IMG/VR virus record: IMGVR_UViG_3300042546_000155 | Length of the DNA stretch: 64,000 nt | Origin: a virus | Strand: one strand, 5' to 3' | Shown here: in pieces, positions 1 through 9,261 of the stretch | Layout: each line of letters begins with the position of its first letter | Numbering within the stretch: position 1 is the first letter of the stretch | Notes under the pieces: generated by a model | Databases searched by the model: none | What the model saw: the letters and a program-made list of their open reading frames with translations, nothing else | What the model was told of the DNA's origin: nothing | Translations under genes and position numbers: made by a program

Positions 1-982
1 TACACGGATTTGTGCCGAATAACTGATCATGATTGCGTCTTCCGTTTCTTTTGGCAATTTTCTGACATGCTTCACGACTAAATAATCCTCTCTCTCCTGA
101 TTTGCTTTCGTATAGTGAAACCCATTCCTGCATGAATGTGCCGACTTCTGGCTTCTCATTATACACAGCACTATTGTTTGATAGGGCTCGCTGTGGATTT
201 GCTTCCCACCAAGCACCTGCTTTAGCATGACGCATACGGTCATCTGATAAGTTAGATAGGCTGATCATTGCGGAGCGACGAACGCCTCCGACTACTACGA
301 CCTCGCCTATCTTACACATGATGTCATGGCACTCAAGGGATGTGAGGCGTCGACCATGTGCGTTCTTAAACATCTTAACAACAAACTTAAACAATTCTGA
401 AAGCGGGCCAGGACCTGACGAACGACCACCAAATGTCTTTAGAGGAGCACCTGCTGGTCGAACCTTTGTCAGATCCCACTTGGGAATCTCACCCGTGTAT
501 AGCAATGCGATAAGCATACGCAAAGCCTTGGCCCATCCTTCCTTACTATCACGGACAGATATGATAGTTTCAGAATCAAACATCTTCTCTGGAATCTCTG
601 GTAGTTGATTGATGAACTGACGTTCAACAGAGAATCCAACACCAGTACCACATAGAAGAATAAACATGGCTTCGTCAAAAGCCTTTGGATCATCGATAGG
701 TAGGAATGAACAGTTATAACCACAAGTGTTATCACGGTTCAACGCAAGGCCCGATGTCATCAAGGCTCGCATAGATGGCATGACCTTCATGTCATGGATA
801 TGATCAAATAGTCTCTTACGGAGATCAGGTGTTATATCATAACTATGTTTTGTATGCAGGTGCATATACATAAAGTCAAGATAACGATTGATAGTCTCTT
901 CCCAATTCTCACGGCGATTTTGTTCTGGCAGATAGCGTGAGTATCTGCTCTTATAGATAAATTCCTGATATAAACTGTCCAT
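1..982 (-). CDS. nrdJ: Class II (B12-dependent, monomeric-type) ribonucleotide reductase, N-terminal part, runs off the window
   Basis: Not in the ORF track. Manual translation from ATG 982: MDSLYQEFIYKSRYSRY...MPSMRALMT...YNCSF...LLCGTGVGFSV...GGRSSGP...VVGGVRRSAMI...FGTNPC. Confidence 0.93.
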   Translation of the reverse strand, partial: MDSLYQEFIYKSRYSRYLPEQNRRENWEETINRYLDFMYMHLHTKHSYDITPDLRKRLFDHIHDMKVMPSMRALMTSGLALNRDNTCGYNCSFLPIDDPKAFDEAMFILLCGTGVGFSVERQFINQLPEIPEKMFDSETIISVRDSKEGWAKALRMLIALLYTGEIPKWDLTKVRPAGAPLKTFGGRSSGPGPLSELFKFVVKMFKNAHGRRLTSLECHDIMCKIGEVVVVGGVRRSAMISLSNLSDDRMRHAKAGAWWEANPQRALSNNSAVYNEKPEVGTFMQEWVSLYESKSGERGLFSREACQKIAKRNGRRNHDQLFGTNPC

Positions 983-1106
983 TATTCTTCCTCGTTGTCT
1001 GTAACGTATAGTTCCCAAAGGTTTTCATACAAAACCTTTTCAAATTCTTCACCAAGTGGTTGTTGTGCTTTCAATAGTTTTTCATATAATTCTTGTAGTT
1101 CGTCAT

Positions 1107-1868
1107 TCATGACCAAAACTTCCACCACCATGACTTAGGTTCTTCTTCCGACTTATTCACAGGAACACCATGAAACCAAGGCTCTGGATACCAATACTCT
1201 TTCAATGACGGGAAGTGTTTTAGAATCTCTTCCTGTGCAGCAAGAGCAACCTGACGGTGTTCTTTCTGTGTGCCTGCTTCGGCTCTAACGTCAATGTAAT
1301 GAATCCAAGAACGAAGCGTCCCTGACATATATAGACGGGTTGTGGTTAGACCTTCTGGTAGAATTGCTCTGGCTTGTTCTTTGGCAATGCCTTTTTCAAT
1401 AGCCCAATTATAGTTGACACGCATACGACTTGCCAGATTACGCTGAATCTCTGACCAATCTTTCTCCAGCCTTTCATCATCCGTCTCAATACTATTCTGA
1501 CGGTTCTTAGCGTCCTGTAGTCTTGCTTCTCTCGTTACAAACGACATGTCCTTAGTAGGATCGGCATAACGCTGGCTAAACTCTTGGAATGAGAACGAAC
1601 GATGGCGAATGATCTGGTGTGAGATATCACGAGTTGTATTGATTTCCATTGTGATAGAAACCATTTCAAAAGGTGACCAATGCTTATGTTCGATTAGATA
1701 CTTTAGGAGTTTTTCTGATGTTAGTGTGTTATGCTGATTGGATGGATTTGATACTCGTGCGGTGTATGCGATAAACTCATTGGGTGTCATATAGACAGGA
1801 TTATTAGCCAAATCTTTATACGATTCAATAAGCGGCTGTGTTACTGCAATAATCTTAGCGTTGTTCAT
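1107..1868 (-). CDS. thyX: Flavin-dependent thymidylate synthase
   Basis: ThyX motif RHRSFSFQEFSQRY, plus HWSPFE and EQARAILP. Confidence 0.96.
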   Translation of the reverse strand: MNNAKIIAVTQPLIESYKDLANNPVYMTPNEFIAYTARVSNPSNQHNTLTSEKLLKYLIEHKHWSPFEMVSITMEINTTRDISHQIIRHRSFSFQEFSQRYADPTKDMSFVTREARLQDAKNRQNSIETDDERLEKDWSEIQRNLASRMRVNYNWAIEKGIAKEQARAILPEGLTTTRLYMSGTLRSWIHYIDVRAEAGTQKEHRQVALAAQEEILKHFPSLKEYWYPEPWFHGVPVNKSEEEPKSWWWKFWS

Positions 1869-2146
1869 TTGTTACTCTTTCCATTATTAAACGATTCTTT
1901 TTCAACAATCCATAACTTCTTCTGCTCATAGTTATGATAATATTCTAGGACATGATCTATAGCAGCCAGAAACTCGACATCAACCCATTTCTCTCCACCT
2001 TCGTCCGGAAGAGGATCAGCATTGAGACGATACGCCTCCTTTAGAGAAGCAATGACAATAGCATCAGTTTGGTCATGGTCTAGTTCAATATTGTATTTCA
2101 TTATCTTTCTCACCAGTTCTCTGTCACAAACTGTTTGTCCCAACAA
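1865..2146 (-). CDS. Hypothetical phage protein (paralog of 45107..45313)
   Basis: ORF overlapping the thyX start; shares LKEAYR...A(I/L)DxVxxY with the 45107 ORF. Confidence 0.6.
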   Translation of the reverse strand: MLGQTVCDRELVRKIMKYNIELDHDQTDAIVIASLKEAYRLNADPLPDEGGEKWVDVEFLAAIDHVLEYYHNYEQKKLWIVEKESFNNGKSNK

Positions 2147-2207
2147 TGAGCATATCGATCATTGTGAAACACTAGAACTATCCCGTCATACATGAAGCAG
2201 TAGTTCA

Positions 2208-2501
2208 TCACTCACCTTTTGGTTCTGGGAACATTTCTTTCGCTTGTTCGTAAGCCTTATCTACCAGATGATTTTTTTCTATAACATAGTTACTTGCTAC
2301 ATACCAAAGTTGTTTTTCAACAATGATCTTACCGTTCTTTATTAGCTTCTCAGGAATAGCCGAAGAACTGCAACTATGTCTCCAAGCGCTTTCTGCTTGG
2401 ATAAGAATATCATACCAGTTGTATGATGGTGGAACGTTCTCTGCTCTACCATTCGAAAGAATAATCACATATACATCGTCAGTCATTTCTATCTCCTCCA
2501 C
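2208..2501 (-). CDS. Hypothetical phage protein
   Basis: ORF in co-oriented run. Confidence 0.55.
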   Translation of the reverse strand: MEEIEMTDDVYVIILSNGRAENVPPSYNWYDILIQAESAWRHSCSSSAIPEKLIKNGKIIVEKQLWYVASNYVIEKNHLVDKAYEQAKEMFPEPKGE

Positions 2502-2529
2502 GTTGACCTCCTCTATATTTGTCTGGCCA

Positions 2530-2808
2530 TCAGAAAATATCCTTTACGTCTTTGAGACCCTCAAGGTATTCATCAAATATCTTTACCATATCTTCCTTAA
2601 CCAACTCTCGGCACTTCTTTATGATAAGAAGATATTCATTTTGAACCTTATCATGCGAGAGTTCAACATAGTCCGTAGCAATGAAATTGACTAGTTGTTC
2701 ATACTTACGAAGACGCTCGATTTCATCAGCGGCTTCTTCAGAAGTTTGCTGATCGTATCCATTGAAAAAGCATGGTTCACGCAGTCGCTTCACAATATCT
2801 TCACTCAT
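2530..2808 (-). CDS. Hypothetical phage protein (IVxRLR...AADEIERLR type)
   Basis: Start at MSEDIVKRLR overlaps the upstream stop. Confidence 0.6.
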   Translation of the reverse strand: MSEDIVKRLREPCFFNGYDQQTSEEAADEIERLRKYEQLVNFIATDYVELSHDKVQNEYLLIIKKCRELVKEDMVKIFDEYLEGLKDVKDIF

Positions 2809-3059
2809 TCCAAGAAACTCCCTATGTCTGGCGTTACCAAATCTAAACAAGGAACATAGAACTTCGCATACGTCTTATCTACATATCCTATAACTTTAGG
2901 TTCTATACCTCTTCTCCACCCGATCCACTCGTCTGCGGAAGTATTATAGTATATCGCTTTGTAAAAACAATCATTCATTTCGTTATTGAAATAGTATGTG
3001 TAATAGTATCCAGATCGGTTAGGTTTGGCATCAGGATACTTACTCCACGTATAGGTCAT
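2805..3059 (-). CDS. Hypothetical phage protein
   Basis: ORF with coupled start/stop. Confidence 0.6.
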   Translation of the reverse strand: MTYTWSKYPDAKPNRSGYYYTYYFNNEMNDCFYKAIYYNTSADEWIGWRRGIEPKVIGYVDKTYAKFYVPCLDLVTPDIGSFLE

Positions 3060-3415
3060 CAGTCTTTCGCCTTCATCCTCAAGAAAGTGGTGACAGCCTT
3101 TTCTTCACACGGTTCACTTATATATGATAGTATCGCACCATGCCTCATCATCAGACCATTGAATTTGCGATACTCTTCATAGAAATGCTCGTATTCATCT
3201 TTATGAACCCATTCCTCTGTGGTCTCTGAAAACATTCGGATACACCTATAATCTGTCAGGTCAAGTTTTTCGTTATTCTTAGCGAATGTTAACTCTGCCA
3301 TATCCGAATCTTCACACTTTCGCCTTATCATAACATACTCCGATTCTGCTTTATTCTTGGTCATGTGTAGGCTCCTTTCCACTAAAAATATACACAATGC
3401 TTCGTCATTAGTCAA
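3059..3415 (-). CDS. Hypothetical phage protein
   Basis: ORF with coupled start/stop. Confidence 0.55.
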   Translation of the reverse strand: MTNDEALCIFLVERSLHMTKNKAESEYVMIRRKCEDSDMAELTFAKNNEKLDLTDYRCIRMFSETTEEWVHKDEYEHFYEEYRKFNGLMMRHGAILSYISEPCEEKAVTTFLRMKAKD

Positions 3416-4073
3416 GAACCTCTAGAATACGCTGGCGCTTTTCTTCAAACTGTTGACAGGTCATCTGAAACAGTTTTTCAAGAGCATCTAGTTTAGATTG
3501 AGTTTCTGCTTGATTACGCAAGGCTTCGTCACGCTCTTTAGCCACATGCTTCAATGTAGCGTAATGGCCATTACGCTCTGAAATGGCGGCATCGAGGTCG
3601 GCTTCGGCTTTGTCAGCCCGCAAAGCATCGGGGCGACTACGCCACTCTACGACTTCCTTTGTCAGCATCTCACATCGCTCATTGGCTACGGCAAGGTCGG
3701 TACGGAGGCGGGTGATTTCGTCGGCAACTTTCTCAGACACGTAATGCCCCGTCTTGTCTATGTCTACGACGACTAGTCCATGTGGACCAAGGCGTTCCCG
3801 TAATTTTTCGACTTCCTCATTAGCGGCATCGAGGTCGGCACGAAGTTTCTTTACAAGTTTCTCTATTTGAACTACTGAGTCTGTAATCGATCCGTCATTA
3901 GGTGCTCCCATTAGTTCAGCATTGACTGAAATCAAATCAGTGTAATGCTTCTTAAACTCATTGGCTGCGGCGAGTTCGGCACGAAGCCGCAGATTTTCCT
4001 CATATACGCTTTCTCTTACTTGCTTCAATTGCTGCTGATGAATGTCATTCATCACTGTTCCCCCATAATCCAA
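3408..4073 (-). CDS. Coiled-coil protein with repeated LRA(D/E)LxAANE segments
   Basis: LRAELAAANE, LRADLDAANE, LRTDLAVANE, ADLDAA. Confidence 0.6.
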   Translation of the reverse strand: MDYGGTVMNDIHQQQLKQVRESVYEENLRLRAELAAANEFKKHYTDLISVNAELMGAPNDGSITDSVVQIEKLVKKLRADLDAANEEVEKLRERLGPHGLVVVDIDKTGHYVSEKVADEITRLRTDLAVANERCEMLTKEVVEWRSRPDALRADKAEADLDAAISERNGHYATLKHVAKERDEALRNQAETQSKLDALEKLFQMTCQQFEEKRQRILEVLD

Positions 4074-4196
4074 ACATATCCATCACTATTAAGATCAGAA
4101 ATACACAGCCAAAAACAACATAACATTTGACAAACTGTTCTTCGCTCATTAATTGTCTCACAATTTAACTTTTATTCCCAAAAGTTCTTTTGCATG

Positions 4197-4232
4197 TTCA
4201 ATTGCTTCTTCAATTGCTTCTTCAATTGCTTC
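4197..4232. repeat. 12-bp tandem repeat x3 (ttcaattgcttc), encoding EAIE x3 in a short minus-strand ORF (~4157..4328)
   Basis: ttcaattgcttc ttcaattgcttc ttcaattgcttc seen directly. Confidence 0.8.
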
Positions 4233-4338
4233 TGAGTATGCAAGCTTGCGTTCATCAGATTCTTTATTTTTAATAAGAGTTAAGACAAAAAGAATCTTCT
4301 TTAGCTTATTTGTTTCTTCATCGGTCATGTTTTTCTCC

Positions 4339-4587
4339 TCATAATTTATGAAACTCTTTTTTAAAAAGAGTAATGTCAGGACTAATCTCTATCATAAAAT
4401 CTTCTTCAAAATACCATGGGCAATAATTTTCTTTTTGTTCGTTTGAAGAACAGTCAAAATATTCCTGAAATCTTTCTTTCCATACGTTTCTGTCGTTCAG
4501 ATCTCGACCATAACTGATAGTGAACATACTTTGATTGTTATATGTTTTATTAGGTGTTATGACATTGAATCTTGTAGGTATACTCAT
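4339..4587 (-). CDS. Hypothetical phage protein
   Basis: ORF coupled to the primase stop. Confidence 0.55.
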   Translation of the reverse strand: MSIPTRFNVITPNKTYNNQSMFTISYGRDLNDRNVWKERFQEYFDCSSNEQKENYCPWYFEEDFMIEISPDITLFKKEFHKL

Positions 4588-5594
4588 ATTCTACTCCATT
4601 GGTTCAGTTTCATTGTAGCCATAATTCCTTCATGCGTATTTCTATCTATGATATGCTGAATCTCACTCGGATGCATATTGACCAGAACCATTTCGTTGAT
4701 GTCCTTCTCTTTGATATAGGAAGGCCACACACAAATCTTTCTACCCATTTCGATAGTCTTCCGCATGTTGGAAACTATCTGCTTATTACGAGGTTCGTTA
4801 TCATATACGAAAACATACTCTAGGTCAAGTCCTAAGATGTGAGGAGCAGAAAAGAGTGCTGCATCCATAGTAGCCACACTATTAGTAAGGAAAAGAGAAT
4901 CGATGGGTCCCTCAACCACATACACAGTTTGCAATGCATCCAGTCTATCCCATCCAAAAATCTTAGGGTTAGTTTCAGTGCTTTTGATTGTGATGTATTT
5001 GATCTTCGAATGTCTGTCAAGTGATCGTCCTTGTATTCCTAAGAGATTACCTTCCTTATCATAGAAGGGTATTACAATGCGTGGTTCCTTATATAGTGTT
5101 TTTGCATTTTCAGGAAACAAATCCTTAACAAACTTGGCAAAGTCTTCGACATAGAAAAGGCTATCAATAGGAACTTTTCTATCTTCAAGATATTTCCTTG
5201 CAGGATGATAAGGATTCAATCCTATAATGCGTTCTGCATCAGTATATAGAATACTCTTTGGCTTAGAGAATGTCGGATTTGTCACAAACTCCGTAACATC
5301 AACCTTTGTCTGTGTGTTAGATTGAACAAACGACTCCAACTGATAATCATTATACAAACCAGGATCAACATACTTGATAAACTTACCCAGACCCATGGTT
5401 GTGCCGCAATTGTGGCACATAAAGCCAAAGTGTTCCTTTCGCTTGTAAATGTATCCTCTTGCTTTGATCTTGTTCTTATGGGAATCTCCGCATACGGGAC
5501 AACGGAAGTTCCATAAAAACTCTCCCCGCTGCTTGAACAATGATAGTTTAGGAGCGAGGAGAGAAATGTATTTCTTATCAATATATACCGCCAT
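4584..5594 (-). CDS. 61: DNA primase, T4 gp61-like
   Basis: Zn finger NFRCPVCGDS...CHNCG; TOPRIM VVEGPIDS and YDNEPRN; KDINEM. Confidence 0.95.
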   Translation of the reverse strand: MAVYIDKKYISLLAPKLSLFKQRGEFLWNFRCPVCGDSHKNKIKARGYIYKRKEHFGFMCHNCGTTMGLGKFIKYVDPGLYNDYQLESFVQSNTQTKVDVTEFVTNPTFSKPKSILYTDAERIIGLNPYHPARKYLEDRKVPIDSLFYVEDFAKFVKDLFPENAKTLYKEPRIVIPFYDKEGNLLGIQGRSLDRHSKIKYITIKSTETNPKIFGWDRLDALQTVYVVEGPIDSLFLTNSVATMDAALFSAPHILGLDLEYVFVYDNEPRNKQIVSNMRKTIEMGRKICVWPSYIKEKDINEMVLVNMHPSEIQHIIDRNTHEGIMATMKLNQWSRI

Positions 5595-5620
5595 AAGTCA
5601 CCTGATCATAATGAATATGC

Positions 5621-5649
5621 ATATTATCATTCACTTAAACAAATGTCAA
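5621..5649 (-). promoter_or_regulatory. Sigma70-like promoter TTGACA-N17-TAATAT upstream of primase
   Basis: Consensus match with 17-nt spacer. Confidence 0.65.
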
Positions 5650-5652
5650 GTG

Positions 5653-5997
5653 TTATCTTTTAAGTAGCGGCTTCATCTGCTGAATGACTTCCTTTAGACT
5701 ATCAATTTCCCTACGAAGGTCTTGTCTTTCATTATCTACAATTGGAAAACGAGCGTCTAGTTTTAGTTTGATAGTATCCATCGTTTCCTCTATGCGGTCA
5801 ACCTTCTGTTCAAGATATTGAACTTTCTGCTGTAGTTCCATATCCTTAACTTTGAACTCACCAATTGTCATAAAGTAAGCCGCCACTAATCCTCCAACAG
5901 CAATGATGGTGGTGATAATTGGTGGCATTCTTGATACTACCTCGCCAACTCCATTCTCGAAGTCGTGGGAGTCTTTGTCTGACATGGATAGTTCCAT
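5653..5997 (-). CDS. Membrane-anchored coiled-coil protein
   Basis: One hydrophobic segment IITTIIAVGGLVAAYF followed by a heptad pattern. Confidence 0.6.
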   Translation of the reverse strand: MELSMSDKDSHDFENGVGEVVSRMPPIITTIIAVGGLVAAYFMTIGEFKVKDMELQQKVQYLEQKVDRIEETMDTIKLKLDARFPIVDNERQDLRREIDSLKEVIQQMKPLLKR

Positions 5998-6013
5998 TCC
6001 TTTCGTCCTTGTG

Positions 6014-6415
6014 TTAATTTTTATATCTGATATATCTCATTTCGCCTGTTGCTTCATTTCTTACAACAATAGGACCTTTATTCTTATTAGCCCATTCACG
6101 AATTTCAGCATAGCAATCATCTTCTTCAAGATATGTTCGCCAATGTTTGCCTTTGCGCTTGCTCAATGTTAGGCTATGAAATAGTTTTGAATTAACTTCA
6201 AAGACCATAGCACCAGCGAATGAGTCTTCCATAAGCGGCTTCTTTCTTCGAAGAATACCGCCAGTCTGGGTGGCGTTTATCTTCTTCCATCTTTTAGCAG
6301 CACCGGGATTTACGATTGTATCGCCGAAGTTCGCTGGCTTTCCTGGTGATGTAACACCAGCGCCGGGAATCTGACCTGAGCCTATGTTTACTGTTGGCGC
6401 ATCTTCGTCAATCAT
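6014..6415 (-). CDS. Conserved T4-like hypothetical protein
   Basis: Long ORF in the late block. Confidence 0.65.
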   Translation of the reverse strand: MIDEDAPTVNIGSGQIPGAGVTSPGKPANFGDTIVNPGAAKRWKKINATQTGGILRRKKPLMEDSFAGAMVFEVNSKLFHSLTLSKRKGKHWRTYLEEDDCYAEIREWANKNKGPIVVRNEATGEMRYIRYKN

Positions 6416-6798
6416 ATCTTCCTCAATCTGTCTGCTATGGATAAATCTACCATAATCTCTTTTTGGTTCACTGTGTATTTATTAATCGTGACACTTAACT
6501 TTTCGGGCATATAGTTAAGAAATAAAAGAAATGTTTTAAGTGTGGGATAATCATCAGGTTCAACCTTTAGAAACAGCATGTTCACCGTCGCTTCTACTCC
6601 AAACATGTTGGATAGAATAATGATGTGGTTGAGTATCAATCTCTCTTTACACTCACCATCCATTCTGTATTTGCGTAACAATCTTTTGATATACTTGATC
6701 CGCTTCAAGTCCTCATCAAACTCTGATTGGAGCAGATGAGGACTTTCGTATGATTTAGCGGCGTATATCAAAAAATTACCATCATTAAGATCAAGCAT
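6412..6798 (-). CDS. Conserved T4-like phage protein
   Basis: EFDEDLKRIKYIKRLL...ERLILNHIIILxNxFG pattern recognised from T4-like genomes. Confidence 0.75.
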   Translation of the reverse strand: MLDLNDGNFLIYAAKSYESPHLLQSEFDEDLKRIKYIKRLLRKYRMDGECKERLILNHIIILSNMFGVEATVNMLFLKVEPDDYPTLKTFLLFLNYMPEKLSVTINKYTVNQKEIMVDLSIADRLRKI

Positions 6799-8405
6799 TA
6801 TTCTTTACGAGACTTCTCCGGATGCATACCATAATAGGCACCTAGAGCCATCTTCATGCGCTCTTTCTTTGATTTACCCTTGAACTTTGGATCATCGGAA
6901 TGAACAAAGTCAGAGATAACATCAGAAACCTTCATTCTCTTGGTTAGTTTTTCATTGATGGTTTCTTCCTTAGCCATTACTTTGGCCTTTGGAATACCCA
7001 TCATGCCGCCAGCACGTTTTCTAGTGGCTAACTCACGACCCTTCTTTCTTTTCTCATATGGTTCTTCACCAGTCTGATATCTGTCGGCAGCCTTTCTATG
7101 ATATCTGGCTACTGTTTCATATGAAAGTTCATCAATCTGTTTCTTTTCATAAGAACCATGCTTAGAATACTCGTTGCTGTCTGGGCCATGACCATGACGA
7201 CGAGCCATTGCCTTTAGTTCTGCTTCTGACTTACCAGCAAACTTTGCCTTCTTTTCAGCATCAGTCATACCAGCGAGTTTCTGCTTGTGCTTGATAACAG
7301 AAGCAGGCATACGGCCTTCTTTTATGTCCTTGACTTTTGTTTCTCCAGATTTTACAAGAGTTTTCTTTCCACCAGGTCCAACGTCATGAACTGTGTAACC
7401 AATCTTTTTTTCTGGGTTAAGTTTGATCTTGACTTTTTTACCTTCTTCAACAGTCTCTTCCATGTAAGGATGCTTAGGAGCAGAGGCACCAACCTTTGCT
7501 TTACCTTTCATCTTCTTATCAGCAAGAGCAACACCCTTTTCACGACCTTCACCAGCCTTGTTCTTATAAGCAACAAGTTTGCCTAGAGATACTTCGTCAA
7601 GGTTTTCTTCCTTGACAGTTTTCTTAGCAAAGCGTGTCTTACCACCCTGTTTTGAACCCTTGTAGGTATCTCCAGCACCTGGTTCAGCATCACCTGGCTT
7701 GTTTGCCTTTGGAGGTTTACGACCATACCACTTTGCGTTTGGATTAGCATCGCCGAACTTGTCATAGACGCTCTGTCCACGTGGAGCAATTGCTACCCAT
7801 CCCTCATCAAGCGAATCGGCAGATAGTTTCTTGTCCTTACGGCGCATAGAAACATCAACAGCAGATTTAGTGCTTGGGGAATCGCCCTGGCTACAATCAC
7901 AATCTCCTAGTGCAGAATGCATCTTCTCTTTAGGGGCTAATGCTCTTTGAAGATGTTTCATTGCTGCTGCATCTTCTTTGATCATTGCTTCGGCGGCACT
8001 TAGTCTCTTGTCAAGATCGTCCTTATCAACTACTCTAGCATCAATCATGAACATTGAGCCGAATAGATGATAATGGAAGAATAGGTAATAGTCACAGGGA
8101 ACTTCTTTTACGAACTCACCCTGATCTGTCATACCCATCTTGTGTCCAAACTGATGGATCTCCCATACTTCTACACCATGATTGCCTTCCATATAGACTT
8201 TGCTTGGCAACTCAATATGAAAATAAGAAAGAGCCTTACGCATCTTTGTTAGAGCAATATATGGTGTAATGCATGAACGAGTGGCAATAGCAGCCAGAAT
8301 GCCGTTAAGTTCGGCTCTGACTGCTGGATTTTTAATGTCTACGCTACCGTTACTAAGAGCGGTAGGTACGACTTCCTCTTTAAGATGATCACGGAAAGTT
8401 TTCAT
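6798..8405 (-). CDS. Probable capsid-internal protein with multiple prohead-protease sites
   Basis: N-terminus MKTFRDHLKE resembles the T4 capsid-targeting sequence; Lys-rich modules separated by (L/I/V/M)xE. Confidence 0.6.
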   Translation of the reverse strand: MKTFRDHLKEEVVPTALSNGSVDIKNPAVRAELNGILAAIATRSCITPYIALTKMRKALSYFHIELPSKVYMEGNHGVEVWEIHQFGHKMGMTDQGEFVKEVPCDYYLFFHYHLFGSMFMIDARVVDKDDLDKRLSAAEAMIKEDAAAMKHLQRALAPKEKMHSALGDCDCSQGDSPSTKSAVDVSMRRKDKKLSADSLDEGWVAIAPRGQSVYDKFGDANPNAKWYGRKPPKANKPGDAEPGAGDTYKGSKQGGKTRFAKKTVKEENLDEVSLGKLVAYKNKAGEGREKGVALADKKMKGKAKVGASAPKHPYMEETVEEGKKVKIKLNPEKKIGYTVHDVGPGGKKTLVKSGETKVKDIKEGRMPASVIKHKQKLAGMTDAEKKAKFAGKSEAELKAMARRHGHGPDSNEYSKHGSYEKKQIDELSYETVARYHRKAADRYQTGEEPYEKRKKGRELATRKRAGGMMGIPKAKVMAKEETINEKLTKRMKVSDVISDFVHSDDPKFKGKSKKERMKMALGAYYGMHPEKSRKE

Positions 8406-8415
8406 AAAACTCTCC

Positions 8416-9036
8416 TTATGGTGTCGTTACGGCTGCGTTTGCAGATACTACGCTTACTGCGCCTGTAGCAGAAACGGTGACACGGAATGTATTTCCTGAT
8501 GCAATCTCTGCGTTTGCAGTAAGTGAAGCGGATGTAGCATTGAAATAAACACCAGTAAGGTTGCTAACTGAAACCCAACCAGCACCAGCGTTACGCTGCC
8601 ATGCATAAGATAGTGTCTTTGTTGGTGTTGATGTAGCAACAACTGATAGAGTAACATTGCCAGCGCCGTTAGCACTTACAGGCTGAGTTGTAATTCTAAT
8701 TGTTGTGTCTGGGAAGACTGTATCTTCGGCGTCGCCTGACATTGAGCCCATGGCAACAACTGTTTCGTACCATACACGACCAGCCTTTAGGCCAGTTCCT
8801 TCGTGACGAATGTTCCAACCAGCATGTGCTGGCTTTGCTGCACCAGCGGCACGAGCAGCGGTGATTTCATCCGAATCAACACCGAACTGGCCGACTGTTT
8901 CGTTTGTGACAAAAGCGCCTGATGTAGTATTGCCAAATAGCACAGCCTGTTCGGTTGTATCTGTTGGCTTGTTATACTGCATTAGAACTGCAATGTCGGA
9001 GTTTGCAGCGTTATCTACTGATCCCCATAGTGGCAT
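8416..9036 (-). CDS. Virion structural protein with C-terminal Ig-like domain
   Basis: ITTQPVS...VTLSVVA...LSYAWQ...FRVTVS Ig pattern; N-terminal MPLWG...HAGW. Confidence 0.7.
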   Translation of the reverse strand: MPLWGSVDNAANSDIAVLMQYNKPTDTTEQAVLFGNTTSGAFVTNETVGQFGVDSDEITAARAAGAAKPAHAGWNIRHEGTGLKAGRVWYETVVAMGSMSGDAEDTVFPDTTIRITTQPVSANGAGNVTLSVVATSTPTKTLSYAWQRNAGAGWVSVSNLTGVYFNATSASLTANAEIASGNTFRVTVSATGAVSVVSANAAVTTP

Positions 9037-9057
9037 TTTAGTAATCCTTCTTTCTTG

Positions 9058-9261
9058 TTAGTTTAAACCTTGATTCTGTCCGATAGCATCAACTTTTACA
9101 GGATCCATTTCAATAATGTCTGGATTCTGCCCCGTCATAGTTCTATTCGCTTTGCTATTATTTACTTTTTTAAGAGCCTTCTGACGATCTTCTTTTGCCA
9201 TCTTCTTTGTGTCAGGGCGGTATCTACTACCGCCCTTCTTAGTCTGTTTAGGTGTTTTCAT
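9058..9261 (-). CDS. Small basic protein
   Basis: ORF in the late block. Confidence 0.55.
   Translation of the reverse strand: MKTPKQTKKGGSRYRPDTKKMAKEDRQKALKKVNNSKANRTMTGQNPDIIEMDPVKVDAIGQNQGLN

Noticed and set aside
4197-4232. 12-bp tandem repeat as a phase-variation switch
   Set aside because: The unit is a multiple of three inside a small helical ORF, so copy change would not shift frame.
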